From assembly GCA_963799845.1 (NCBI GenBank), contig CAWCYI010000004.1:1536001-1600000 (forward strand): a stretch of DNA of 64,000 nt, in the 5' to 3' direction. The first letter of the stretch is position 1; every line of letters starts with the position of its first letter. The position numbers and the translations under genes were made by a program. The DNA is from an uncultured Nitrososphaerota archaeon. Its GTDB lineage: Archaea; Thermoproteota; Nitrososphaeria; Nitrososphaerales; CADDZS01. The notes under the pieces are model-generated. The model saw only the letters and a list, made by a program, of their open reading frames with translations. It was not told the DNA's origin and searched no databases. Shown here in pieces: positions 41,071-51,579 of the stretch.

Positions 41071-41889
41071 TTGAGCAAGCTAGCATGCTCCATTCTGCAC
41101 TACGACATCGTCAGGTACGTGTATGAGGATGCGATAGAGAACATCGCCAAACTCGGGTACGGGGGAGTCGAACTGCACCTGCCGCCTCCACCCCACCAGA
41201 ACGAGAAAGCCCCGGTTCGCAAGTTGTTAAGGCGCCTCGAGTTGGAACCCGCTTCGGTCAGCTGTCAGAGGTGGGAGTGGGCAAGCAAGAATCCTGACAG
41301 GACCAAGGAGACGATAGCAGCTTTCAAACAAACTGTCCTTCTCGCAGAATATCTGGAAGCCGGTAGGGTGTTGACAGAAACTGGGGCGATACCGAAGAGC
41401 ATGGCTTCCAGGCGGGCCTTCAAGATGGCCGCGGAAAATATTGCGCTCGCTTGCGACTATGCTTCTGATCATGGAATCAAAATCGTCCTTCTTGAATCCG
41501 TTCCTCCGCCGTTCAACTACGTCGTCGACAACTCGAAAAAGTTCCTTGATTTCAGAAAACTGTGTGGAGCAAGCAATCTGTTTGCAAACGTCGACGCGAG
41601 CAATTACCTGATGTCGGGAGAGGACCCCTCCAAAGTTCTGGAGTCGCTTGGCTCTCTCGTGAAAGGGATCCACATCAAGGACGGAACACGCATTGGCGGG
41701 CAGTGGACTCCGATCGGCGAAGGCGAGGTGAACTGGCACGATTTCTTGAGTTCGGCGAAAAATATCGGATATGACGACTGGCTCGTGGTCGAGTACGAAG
41801 GTGGCCTCACTGGAAAATACTATGCAGACCCCGAAAAGGCGTCGCGTGATTCGATAAAGTATCTCAGGAAGATTCTGCGAAAAAACTAG
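41071..41889 (+). CDS. Sugar phosphate isomerase/epimerase (TIM barrel)
   Basis: GYGGVEL, LLES, IHIKD, GEGEVNW, VVEYE. Confidence 0.85.
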   Translation: MSKLACSILHYDIVRYVYEDAIENIAKLGYGGVELHLPPPPHQNEKAPVRKLLRRLELEPASVSCQRWEWASKNPDRTKETIAAFKQTVLLAEYLEAGRVLTETGAIPKSMASRRAFKMAAENIALACDYASDHGIKIVLLESVPPPFNYVVDNSKKFLDFRKLCGASNLFANVDASNYLMSGEDPSKVLESLGSLVKGIHIKDGTRIGGQWTPIGEGEVNWHDFLSSAKNIGYDDWLVVEYEGGLTGKYYADPEKASRDSIKYLRKILRKN

Positions 41890-42165
41890 AAACTTTCAGT
41901 GCGTTGTTCAGAGCAGTGCTCTGTTCTTACTAATTTTGAATAAGTAAAGAGAAAGACAATTTCAGATATGGTTCTTAATCGCGTACGCTGTTACATCTAT
42001 AAACCATATTTCTAATTAGCAAATGTTTGTTAGCTTCTATGAAATAGGCTTTATGTTAACACTGCAGAGAACGATCTCATCTACTAAAACGAAAAGTTAG
42101 GCAAGAAGATGTCACCATGGCGATCAAGTGGGCGAGACGAGAATAATTTCCAAAAATTATAGTTT

Positions 42166-42633
42166 TCAGGATGTTGATCTGCGGATCTTTTCGCGGTAAT
42201 CGTCTTCAAGCGCTCGTGTGAATACCTTCATCTCGCTAACAAATACGTGCTTGACAAACGGCTTCACTACCGGCGAGAAAATCTTCGTCAAGAATCCCTT
42301 CGGCTCGATCCGCGTACGATAGGAAAGCAACGTCGTCCCGTCCTTTTCCGATATCAAAGAATATTCCGATCTCGCCCGGGCATCCTTCCCGTCGTATTCC
42401 GAGATCCATCTATCAGGTCTCTCCAGCGTGACTTTCACATCGAACGTCATCCTCTTGAAGTACATCTCCTCCTCGTCTCGAAGCACTATCAAGTTAGGCG
42501 TCCTTGAAATGATCTGCCTGTTCTTCAGCGGTTTCACGAGTCGAGAGTCCTCGGGCGATAAATCCGTCCACCAGTCAAACACAAACTCCCTGTCGGCGCT
42601 GATAGAACGCGTAAGAGAGATCTCGAATGCCAA
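42166..42633 (-). CDS. SRPBCC/START-fold protein
   Basis: RSISADREFVFDWWTD; C-terminal helix. Confidence 0.75.
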   Translation of the reverse strand: MAFEISLTRSISADREFVFDWWTDLSPEDSRLVKPLKNRQIISRTPNLIVLRDEEEMYFKRMTFDVKVTLERPDRWISEYDGKDARARSEYSLISEKDGTTLLSYRTRIEPKGFLTKIFSPVVKPFVKHVFVSEMKVFTRALEDDYREKIRRSTS

Positions 42634-42685
42634 AACCTTCTCTCCCTATTCTGTAAATAAACCCAGAGTGTACTTCAATTGGGCA

Positions 42686-43687
42686 TCATTGAGGAGGAAC
42701 GATTGATGCGTCGACACTCATCGATCCTGTCCCGACCGACAGACTTACTTCAAACGAAGCAATCGAGCTTTCATCCGCCGCTGCTGTGAGCTGGCCGTTG
42801 GATGAATGCGATATAGTAAATCCCTGAAGATTTCTCGATATCGTTCCAAATCCGTTCGAGGCGCTGAGGCCGACCCCTACATTACTCGGTATCATCGCGT
42901 TAAAATCGACGCTGCCAGTCCCTGTCGATACGGTAATTGGAATGTGCACCCCATTGGTTGAAAGATAATTCGAATTGAAATTCACACTGCCCGTGCCTCC
43001 CTGCAGGTTGAGGTAGGAAATGCTCAGCGTGTCGATCCGCGCGTTGATGCTCCCCGTTCCCGTTGAAATCGAAACGGCTCCAAATTTTTGCCCCAAAGAT
43101 GTGGAAACTATACTGACACTTCCAGTGTCGGCAGTCGCATTCAGGTCTACGAGGTAACCGGAACCCAGCGTTATCGTGATATCTGTGACGGAGGAGCTGG
43201 CGTTTAGGAAGAACACCCCACCACGCGTGAAGTTCGAGAACGATGTCGATTGGTTTACCAGCGGGATTGAGAACGGGAATGCGATCGTCCTCCCGAAAAC
43301 CACTTGATAGGCGAGGTCTGCGTTGTTGGAGAATCTCAGCGTGATACTCCCGAAGCTCGTGGTTGCATCGATTGCGATATGCGATGTGACTACCTGCGTC
43401 TTTGTTGCAGAGTAAGTGTGCTCCGCTCCCGTAGCAAAATTGTAACTGCTAGCAACTCCGGCAAGAACTATGAGGCTTATGATAAAGAGCGCGATATCCC
43501 CGGCCCTTGCTCTATGCCCTAACAGTCCGAACAAAACGACTGCGGCACCCGCCGCAATGAATAGCAGAGCGAAGGAGAATCCAAGGTTAACTTGGAAGTA
43601 GAATAGAAGGCCGGCCGCTACGAAGACAAGTCCGGCGAAGAGCCGGAGAATAGGGAAGGACGATCCGGCGGATGAATCAGAGGTCAA
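42686..43687 (-). CDS. Membrane protein with DUF4097-like beta-strand repeats
   Basis: Three TM helices then repeated TGTGS(V/I) units. Confidence 0.7.
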   Translation of the reverse strand: MTSDSSAGSSFPILRLFAGLVFVAAGLLFYFQVNLGFSFALLFIAAGAAVVLFGLLGHRARAGDIALFIISLIVLAGVASSYNFATGAEHTYSATKTQVVTSHIAIDATTSFGSITLRFSNNADLAYQVVFGRTIAFPFSIPLVNQSTSFSNFTRGGVFFLNASSSVTDITITLGSGYLVDLNATADTGSVSIVSTSLGQKFGAVSISTGTGSINARIDTLSISYLNLQGGTGSVNFNSNYLSTNGVHIPITVSTGTGSVDFNAMIPSNVGVGLSASNGFGTISRNLQGFTISHSSNGQLTAAADESSIASFEVSLSVGTGSMSVDASIVPPQ

Positions 43688-43832
43688 AGTCGATCTTCAT
43701 CCCTTCTTTCCAAACGCGTGTCACTTATTGGTTTATTGCGAAATCTTTACCGTCCTATTAATGTGAGGATACAATTCCCACGCATGAAGATCGCTTGCAT
43801 GCTTTAAATCACAGCTCCCGCAAACAATTCCC

Positions 43833-44426
43833 GTGTCGAGCCCCACCAAGTATTGCTATAACTGCGGATCGGAGCTGCCTCCGGGCGCGACTTTCTGCCC
43901 CAAATGCGGCACTTCAGTTTATGTTTCACCGCCTCCTTCTGCCAGCACACCCCCTCCATCTACCGGCGCACCGCCCCCGTCCTACTACGACAGCAGAGAT
44001 TACAGGAGGCAACGCAGAAGGCAGGAAAAGCAAGAGAAGCAGGAGAAAAATGAGAAACATGAGAAGGGAGAAAAGGGAGAGAAGGGCGGCGGCGGGATCA
44101 TCGGGGCGATCATTGGCGGAGCTATTCTAATCTGGATCGGCATCACCTTCTATCTGCAGCAGTTTGGATATTTTATCGGCAACTGGTGGGCGTTTTTGAT
44201 CGTCGGCATCGGTCTCATTCTGATCGTTCAGGGCATCCTCCTCTACTCGCGGCACAAGAGAGTAATTATCGGACCCCTCATCGGCGGTGGCATCCTATTC
44301 CTGGTCGGGTTGAGTTTCCTTTACAATTTTCTGGGATTCATCTGGCCGCTGATTCTCGTTGTTGTTGGTTTGGCCATCTTAGCCTCCGCGCTAACCGCCA
44401 GGAGACGAACGCCAAACCCGGTCTAG
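43833..44426 (+). CDS. Zinc-ribbon membrane protein
   Basis: CYNCG..FCPKCG, Pro-rich and EK-rich linker, 4 TM. Confidence 0.8.
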   Translation: MSSPTKYCYNCGSELPPGATFCPKCGTSVYVSPPPSASTPPPSTGAPPPSYYDSRDYRRQRRRQEKQEKQEKNEKHEKGEKGEKGGGGIIGAIIGGAILIWIGITFYLQQFGYFIGNWWAFLIVGIGLILIVQGILLYSRHKRVIIGPLIGGGILFLVGLSFLYNFLGFIWPLILVVVGLAILASALTARRRTPNPV

Positions 44427-45566
44427 CGCCTTCCCGTGAACGCGTTGTAAAGAGAATGCTCCAGTACGGTTTGAAATTTGTCCCTGCCGAACACGCGAAA
44501 GTAGCCTCTTCCGAGTGATTCGACGAGGTCTCCGATTTCATACCGGGGGAAGAGAACGGACGACACGACGAGCCTCCCCCACTCATTCTTGCGCAATTCG
44601 TGTAGCAGTTTGATCTTGTTTCCCACCCTGACCTCGAACAGGTAGATATCATAATTGGGGCACACGTATGGATTTTCATCCAGCTGCTGCGCAAATACTC
44701 CTTCAGTTGCGGTATACATCTCCACCACCGGGGCGGCTCCGAAAAAATATTTCAACTCGGGGGCATACTTCGTCTGTATCTTCGCAACGCTCGTGCAAAA
44801 CAGCGCATCCATCTTCCACACGTTCTTGGGGAGCACGTGGTATTTTTTCCTGACAAATCGGACAAACTCGAGTAAAACTGGAGTCACTCCCATCACACAA
44901 CCGATGTCCCCGCCGCTTGCCCTCTCGTAGACGAGTTCAAACCTCCTCTCCCAGTCTTTCCTTGTTATCCCCGCGCCCAGCGAGTCGATCTCCTCCTGCC
45001 TCGGGACGAGGTTCGCCGCATCCAGCGACGGATGGAGTCTCGCATACGTGCCGGAACTGTAACCGTACCTTTGCTCACCTGAGGGAGAGGAGATGACGGA
45101 GACGTCTGACGGAAAATTCAGGTTGAGCACGTCCCGCTTGATAATTCGAATGTCGTTTTTGAGGGCAAAATTGACTATCGCCCTAGCTCCAGCGAAAAGT
45201 ATCTGGGAGAGGTGCGTTTCGTTGGTAGGGATGACCTTGGATCGCCCCGTCAGTACCCCGGGTCATCACCCAGGTTGCGACCGGTTCGGGGAACAGGCAT
45301 TCGAATCCTCTCTTCCCGCTCTGGATATCATCAAAGTACGGTTTTAGAGATCCGTAATTTGATACCGGGAACCTTGATTGAAAATCGCTTATCGAGCTGA
45401 CAGATTCCACGCCAAACTTCTTCCCATACTCAGTCTGAGCGTATCTTTCGATCAAGTAGTCAAGTGTATCAGTCTGCGCCTTGCTTGGATCTCGAAGGGA
45501 AGCGTACCACGGGTCAACGAAACTTTTCAGAGCAGATGAAAGCTCCAGAGAGTCCAAATTCAACAC
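44423..45566 (-). CDS. GH3 (auxin-responsive promoter) family acyl-adenylate ligase-like protein, frameshift near 45251
   Basis: TEYGKKFG..FQSRFPVSNY, TRG(TTGRSKVIP), EMYTATEG, PRYEIGDLV. Confidence 0.8.
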
Positions 45567-45706
45567 AGTAGAACTTCGAGTTCTTTCTGGCTATGATATT
45601 TGCTTTCTTTCGGATTGAGAACGAATTTGATCGCCTCAAAAAATCATACATCGAAAACTAGGTAATTATTTGTTGTGGCGATAAATTGTCGTGATGTTCA
45701 GATTTC

Positions 45707-45958
45707 CTAATTACCCCAGCCTCGCCACTTGCCTCTTGGGAGCAACCAGACAATCCACATCAATCCGATCACCAGGCCAGTAATCGCCAGTGAAACTACT
45801 GTTACAATAACATTCTGAAACAGACTGAACCCCTTCGACCAGAAGAGCGCGTAGAGCAGGATGAAGACCAGCCATCCAATTACACCAACGATCGATACGA
45901 TAATTGATGCCACCGGAGGACCTTGCGCAGTTTTATCAGTCAAAGTTTGATCCGTCAA
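45707..45958 (-). CDS. Small 2-TM membrane protein
   Basis: Hydrophobic 83-aa ORF (FSLFQNV). Confidence 0.65.
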   Translation of the reverse strand: MTDQTLTDKTAQGPPVASIIVSIVGVIGWLVFILLYALFWSKGFSLFQNVIVTVVSLAITGLVIGLMWIVWLLPRGKWRGWGN

Positions 45959-46110
45959 ATCAAATCATCCGAAATGTATGGATGCGACCACCCCTCTTTT
46001 AAGATGCGAATACGATTCCCAAGAATGAGAACATCCGTAATCTCCCACTCAGAGAGCAGGATTCATAATCGTCTAGACGAGGTCGGAAGGAAGAACTATC
46101 TGATCGCTTT

Positions 46111-46698
46111 CTACTCTTCCTGAAATTCCTGCTTTTCTTCGAGCTCTAGGTAGAGAGTTTCTTTGTGCATGATATCAATGTGGGCGAGGAGTTCTTTTCT
46201 GGTTCGAAAGTTGGAATTACAGTACGGACACTGGTGTCCCTTCAGCGACTCGACTATCGGAAGCGGGGATGAACGCCTTCTTCTGTTTCCGATGATTTGA
46301 GACTGCGTGAGGGTTCCGACAAAAACACCGTCCTCCATCACCGCTAGTCTCCTCATACCGCGGTTGATCATTATTCGCAACGCGTCTTGGATGTCGGCAT
46401 CAGAGTTGATTTTAACGAGCGGTGAAGACATCACTTCCCTGACCCTAGTTCTTGCGACGTCTCGCCCCGCAGCAAGGACCCTTGCGAGCAGGTCCCACTC
46501 CGTCAAGATGCCGATCGGATCGCCGCCGGTTTCGGCAACAATCACGCTTCCCACCTGCTTGTCACGCATTAATTTTGCCGCATCGCGAACGGCATCGTCC
46601 GCATAAACGATCACCGAAGGCTGGACAAATTTGGAAACCGGAAAACGTTGAGTGGAGACCTTTGTTTTCTTCTTCGGCGATTTGTTTCGGACTACCAA
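46111..46698 (-). CDS. CBS-pair protein with C-terminal C2H2 zinc finger
   Basis: GILTEWDL, VREVMSSP; CPYC...HIDIMH. Confidence 0.85.
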   Translation of the reverse strand: MVVRNKSPKKKTKVSTQRFPVSKFVQPSVIVYADDAVRDAAKLMRDKQVGSVIVAETGGDPIGILTEWDLLARVLAAGRDVARTRVREVMSSPLVKINSDADIQDALRIMINRGMRRLAVMEDGVFVGTLTQSQIIGNRRRRSSPLPIVESLKGHQCPYCNSNFRTRKELLAHIDIMHKETLYLELEEKQEFQEE

Positions 46699-46862
46699 TT
46701 CAGATCTATAACGTCTTGTCCATTGAATTATTTAACAAAGATAGACGTTTATCATAATTGATAAGAGGACTGTAGAGAAGAACTTGTACATCGTGTAGGT
46801 ATAGGCATCCTAACCAGGATTCATAACATTAGAATCCTGTCGCTGTGAAAGTCGAGTGGCTG

Positions 46863-49625
46863 CTACGAGACGGGCAGATTACCGGCTTCGAGGAACTTTG
46901 CAGCCTGCTCTTTGAGCTTCCTGATCGCTGCGTCCTTCTCGGGATGTGAAACCAGTGCAATCTTCGCTACGTCCCAGAAATCTCTGGCCGGCACTATCTT
47001 CAGGCCCTGCTTTTCAAAGAACGCCTTGTCTTCGGTGCTCACTCCTGAAAAGTTCGCCTCCGGTATGATTATCGTGTCGACTCCATCGGTGTTTAACGCT
47101 GCGACGAACTTGCCCATCCCCTTAAAGTCGAGACCTCCGACCTGAACGAGCTCGCCCTTTGGAGTCACTCCCCCCGTAATCACTACGTTCGGAAGTACTT
47201 TCTCCTTCGCGGCCACAGAGTACTGAGCAAGGGTGATTGCGGCTCCGGCGCTGGGTCCCTGGATCACCTGCGTGTCGAGACCCTTGGCAAACGTGATAAA
47301 GTCAAGGAAGAACTCGTGGTTTCGCATCGACCAGTCGCACTCCTCGTTCAAGAATACTCTTGCGTGCTCGGCACTCGCCCGGACAGATTTCGCGATTTCG
47401 CTTCCGATGACAAGAGATCTCCCTCTCTTTCCATACGGGTTGCACACGCATTCGATTACCGCGACGGTTCCCTCCGAGGCCATCCCGCCACTCCCGGTGC
47501 TAGCCAGAGCGGCCAGACCGTAGACCTTTCCCACTGCCGGAACCGGGTTTGGACCCCTTAGGGCGGAAGCGATCTTCTGGATCTCCTCGACCGATTCATC
47601 CCTCATTGAGGCGACCGCCGCCTGAAAGTGCGAAATCGTAAGCTTATACGATTCGGGGGTGATATCTTTCAGATTGTCGAAATTCTGCGGGGCAAGGGGT
47701 GACTGCGGCGCGAACCCGAGGTTTGCCCTGACCCTCGTCAAATCATCTTCGTAGATCTTCCGCAGTTTATTGAGCTGAGTTCCATCATCTGAAGGAACGT
47801 GCGAAATCTTGTAAGCCGCATTGAGCTCCTTGAGCCGAAGCTCAATCGCGTCGCTGATCACCCTTTCGATTTTTGCAGGAGTGAATGTCCGCTTTCCAAA
47901 TAGCTCCAGTATTTTTTCCTCGGTAACGGAGGCATCGATGAACGACCTGCACTTGTTGAGGTGCACCTTAATTATCTCGAGTCTTTCGGTATCATTTCGT
48001 GGAGGCGGTACCTCCACGATTCTGTCAAATCGACCCGCGCGGAGAAACGCCTCATCGACGAGCTGCAGCTTGTTCGTGGTTCCTATTACGACGACGCCTT
48101 CGAGGGGTTTCAATCCACCCATCTCGGAGAGGAGGGTTGTCACCGCGCCCAGGCTTCCGCCCAACTCCCTTTTCAGTGTCAGAGCGTCAAGCTCATCGAT
48201 TATGATGATCGACGGCGCGTTCTTTCGCGCTTCATCGAAGATGTCGATGATGATTTTCTCGGTCTGACCATGATACGGCTTTACTATCTGCGCGCCGCGG
48301 ATCATGTACATCGTAGCTTGCAGCTCGCCGCCGATTGCCTGCACCAGCCACGTCTTGCCGGTTCCCGGATGTCCATGGAGAAGCACTCCCCTGATCGGAG
48401 TTGCACCGGCGCGCCTGGACATTTCCGGATTTAGCGAAACTTCGATATCTTTCAGGAGGTTTTCCTTGATTCCAGAAAGACCGCCGACGTCGTCCAGAGT
48501 AATCTTCGGCTTGATGCGCGTGACGATGTGACGCATTTCGTCGCTCCGCTTGTCCTCGTTGTATTCCTTGAGACGGCTTATCTCCCTGAAATCTTCCAGA
48601 GTAACGCTCAGCTTCGGACTCTCATCCTTGCCGAGGGCGCTCGAGAGTTTTTTCAGGTACGAAGACCTGACGAGCTTTGTCTTGTTCTCCATGACGATCT
48701 GGAACGCGTTCGAAATATCGGCGGGGGTGACAGTGCCGTGCCCCAGCGCGCGTACTTTCGCCTCGATTGTTTGCAGCACGCTGTTTGCGTCGAGGTTCAC
48801 CTGATACTTTTCGAGGTTCTTTCTCGTGATCTCTACCAGCGTCGGTCGATCAATTTCCGAATCGAGATCTATCGTCCCGGAACTGCCGCGACGCCTCACT
48901 GCCTCGATGACCGAACCGAATTCATTTGTTGCGAGTATCAATATGCATCTGCGATCCTGGTAGACCATTTCGTTGATCTTCTCCAGCAAGGTAGTTTGAA
49001 CGCCCCTGAACGCCTGAACGCCGCTGTCGGGAGCGCCGGATGAATCTCCCTGTTCCCTTGCGAGAGTCTGGGCTTCGTCTATGAACAGTATTGTGGGACG
49101 TTTGAAAGCTTCGTCAAAAACCTGCGCGATCTTTTTCTCGGACTCGCCGAGCCATTTGTCAAAAATCTTGTGGGGCGAAACGAGCTGCGCGTAGACCGGA
49201 ACTTCCTTTTCGGCTCCCTTGTTGTACGCCTCGACCATAACCGAGTGCACCAGCGAGGTTTTTCCCGTGCCAGAGGATCCTTTAACGATGAACACCTGCG
49301 GCGGTGCCGTGGGGCAGATTTTCCGAAAGCCCTCGTCCCTTACTACCCAGTACTGGGCGGCTGAAAGAATTTCATCTTTGACTTCGTTGTAACCGACATT
49401 ATTTTCGCACAGCTTGGAGAACGGGGCGACGGTCGAGTGCGCGTCTAGCATCTGCTGCCGGAGCATCTTCCTCGAAAGTTTCTTTTTGGACCTCGTGGAT
49501 TCGAGGTACCATTTTCTGTACTCCGAGTCGGACGCCATCAGAAGCGGATGGTACGCTGTCCTGAGTATCCTGGATTTCTTCCACCAGCTGTCGTCTTCCG
49601 AGTCTCTCGATGGTATTACGCTCAT
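46863..49625 (-). CDS. Tandem AAA-AAA ATPase fused to Lon (S16) protease domain
   Basis: AAA1 GSSGTGKT/KWLGESEK/FIDE; AAA2 GHPGTGKT/IIDE/DEAFLRAGRFDR; Lon GPSAG with Lys 43 residues later. Confidence 0.88.
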   Translation of the reverse strand: MSVIPSRDSEDDSWWKKSRILRTAYHPLLMASDSEYRKWYLESTRSKKKLSRKMLRQQMLDAHSTVAPFSKLCENNVGYNEVKDEILSAAQYWVVRDEGFRKICPTAPPQVFIVKGSSGTGKTSLVHSVMVEAYNKGAEKEVPVYAQLVSPHKIFDKWLGESEKKIAQVFDEAFKRPTILFIDEAQTLAREQGDSSGAPDSGVQAFRGVQTTLLEKINEMVYQDRRCILILATNEFGSVIEAVRRRGSSGTIDLDSEIDRPTLVEITRKNLEKYQVNLDANSVLQTIEAKVRALGHGTVTPADISNAFQIVMENKTKLVRSSYLKKLSSALGKDESPKLSVTLEDFREISRLKEYNEDKRSDEMRHIVTRIKPKITLDDVGGLSGIKENLLKDIEVSLNPEMSRRAGATPIRGVLLHGHPGTGKTWLVQAIGGELQATMYMIRGAQIVKPYHGQTEKIIIDIFDEARKNAPSIIIIDELDALTLKRELGGSLGAVTTLLSEMGGLKPLEGVVVIGTTNKLQLVDEAFLRAGRFDRIVEVPPPRNDTERLEIIKVHLNKCRSFIDASVTEEKILELFGKRTFTPAKIERVISDAIELRLKELNAAYKISHVPSDDGTQLNKLRKIYEDDLTRVRANLGFAPQSPLAPQNFDNLKDITPESYKLTISHFQAAVASMRDESVEEIQKIASALRGPNPVPAVGKVYGLAALASTGSGGMASEGTVAVIECVCNPYGKRGRSLVIGSEIAKSVRASAEHARVFLNEECDWSMRNHEFFLDFITFAKGLDTQVIQGPSAGAAITLAQYSVAAKEKVLPNVVITGGVTPKGELVQVGGLDFKGMGKFVAALNTDGVDTIIIPEANFSGVSTEDKAFFEKQGLKIVPARDFWDVAKIALVSHPEKDAAIRKLKEQAAKFLEAGNLPVS

Positions 49626-49642
49626 TTCAAATTCACCAAATG

Positions 49643-50500
49643 CTACGGCTTTTGCCTTCTTGACCTGAACCCGAAGTAGGACTTGATGACTGCAAATCCC
49701 GCAAAATACGACACGATCACTACACCGACGAACAGGATTCCAACTTCAATCATAGCGATTATCGACAAAAAGAACAGCCCTCCGTAGACCAGTTTCTTGC
49801 TAAATTTCATGCCGGCAATCAGCAGCACGACCGAGAACACCGCAAAAATTGCAAGGAAGTCGGTCGCGTTGATTGTGATGCCTCCGAGGCTTATCCCCGT
49901 GAATCCGAAGAGAGGGTTCCAGCCAGAGGCCTCCGATACTGGTTGCGGGAGAACCGTAACTGCAATATCCAAGATCAGATTTCCCGTGCCCGTGACGTTC
50001 TTCATCCAGGAATCTGCAGGCGAGCTCAAAACGTCCATGTCAGCATAGTTCAGAGTCGAGGAAGAAACGTTCACGACCATCGAGTAATTCGCGGTTTGGA
50101 CCGGAGTGAACAGAAGATCGGCCCTAGTGCCCGATTTGTAGAGCCCGAGATCATACTGGCCACCGGTAAGGGAAAGCACACTAACGTTGGACGTCGCGGG
50201 GACTATAATCCTCAATACCTGCGAGGATGTGAGGTTGACGCTAATTACCGGTGATTCAGGCGGCAGGTAAGTACTCGAACTCCCGAATGCAAAATGAGCG
50301 GGCATTGAGGGAAAAACCAGCACTGCCCCAAAAATTAGTATCAGTGATGCAAAATTCCGGTTGTTTTTTGGAAAAATTGCGTTCACAGATGGAGCAGCAG
50401 TCTCACAACTCGCTATATCGAAATATATAGTTACTTCACTTTGAATCCAGATCTCAGCTCCGAATCGTTTCGCTGCCATCTTAATATAATTCAGATCCAA
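49643..50500 (-). CDS. Membrane-anchored exported protein (start uncertain)
   Basis: Signal-like segment, beta-rich domain, C-terminal TMs; 17 nt upstream of the AAA-Lon gene. Confidence 0.65.
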   Translation of the reverse strand: MDLNYIKMAAKRFGAEIWIQSEVTIYFDIASCETAAPSVNAIFPKNNRNFASLILIFGAVLVFPSMPAHFAFGSSSTYLPPESPVISVNLTSSQVLRIIVPATSNVSVLSLTGGQYDLGLYKSGTRADLLFTPVQTANYSMVVNVSSSTLNYADMDVLSSPADSWMKNVTGTGNLILDIAVTVLPQPVSEASGWNPLFGFTGISLGGITINATDFLAIFAVFSVVLLIAGMKFSKKLVYGGLFFLSIIAMIEVGILFVGVVIVSYFAGFAVIKSYFGFRSRRQKP

Positions 50501-50538
50501 TTTTCGACCAGACCTTTCGCGAAGCTGGTTTCGTCAAC

Positions 50539-51186
50539 TTGGTTGATCTTTTTACAATTCTTGATCTTACCAGCGCGTTTGCAGTAATCATTCCCGGAGT
50601 AGTGCTGCTCACTCTGATCCGGGGAGTAAAAGTCGCATCCCTCCGGAACATGACAATAATGCTCGCGGCGTTCGGAATACTGCACGGATTCTATCATTTA
50701 TCATACCTGACACCATACTACGATTACGCGCCTTACCTCGACCTCGCAACTGCTCTAATTCTCGTAATGCTCGGGATGTACTACAGCAACCGCACGATTG
50801 CATTCTCTCTATTCCTTTTGACGCTTCCCGAGACGGCAACCTACCTCGTCCCGGTGACACTCATCGTCGCTTTCATCCTATTTGCAAGACTCGCGCTAAT
50901 CTCCAAGAGCATGAGGACCCTCCAGGCCCAACTTTCAATCTTCATCATTATCTGGATCGTGGCGGAGCTTTTGAGGTCTCTGCTGCTGTTGAACGTATTT
51001 TCCGCATCTGCATGGCTTCAGACCCTGGGGCTAGAAATCCACACCGCGGCGATGCTCGCGTTCGGTATCTTCATGCTGTCCCGATACTACAAAGCCACCA
51101 CAAGCTCGAGCAACAATTCTCCGGAATGGCTCGCCAAAGAAAACACCATCCCGCCGAAAAAAGATGGGGGCAAGAGCCCGCATTGA
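50539..51186 (+). CDS. Polytopic membrane protein (sensor-like)
   Basis: 6-7 TM helices with His residues (LHGFYH, EIH). Confidence 0.7.
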   Translation: MVDLFTILDLTSAFAVIIPGVVLLTLIRGVKVASLRNMTIMLAAFGILHGFYHLSYLTPYYDYAPYLDLATALILVMLGMYYSNRTIAFSLFLLTLPETATYLVPVTLIVAFILFARLALISKSMRTLQAQLSIFIIIWIVAELLRSLLLLNVFSASAWLQTLGLEIHTAAMLAFGIFMLSRYYKATTSSSNNSPEWLAKENTIPPKKDGGKSPH

Positions 51187-51506
51187 GCCAGGAAAAGTCC
51201 GGAGAAACCTTCAACACCGTTCTGAAAAGATCCGTCCAGGAGGGCATCGCGAGCGTCGTGGGACGCCAGACGGCAATCTCGGTCGAGTTTTACCTCGATC
51301 CATCCATGGCTTCGAAAGATATTGCGCGATACACTCTATCCCTTGAGAAGATGTTCACGCTCGGCGCGAAACTCATCGAGGAGCGGTGCGCTCAGGTTCT
51401 TTACCACAACATGGGACTCAATTTCCAAAAACGCGACGACTATAAGCTCAACGACTATGTCGAAGACGCAAAGAAAAAATGGTTGCTCGGCGAGAGCGCA
51501 AGGTAA
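51183..51506 (+). CDS. DUF3227/NitrOD5-like small protein
   Basis: SLEKMFTLGAKLIEERCAQVLY; TTG start overlapping the upstream stop. Confidence 0.6.
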   Translation: MSQEKSGETFNTVLKRSVQEGIASVVGRQTAISVEFYLDPSMASKDIARYTLSLEKMFTLGAKLIEERCAQVLYHNMGLNFQKRDDYKLNDYVEDAKKKWLLGESAR

Positions 51507-51579
51507 CTTTCTCATCCAAAATTAAGAAATACTCTTTTCAGAACCTTGTCCCTATCCTAGGTTATCAGGTGCTGGACAG

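Noticed and set aside
42075-42125. Fluoride riboswitch-like pattern on the minus strand
   Set aside because: Invariant nucleotides are missing and there is no downstream gene in that orientation.
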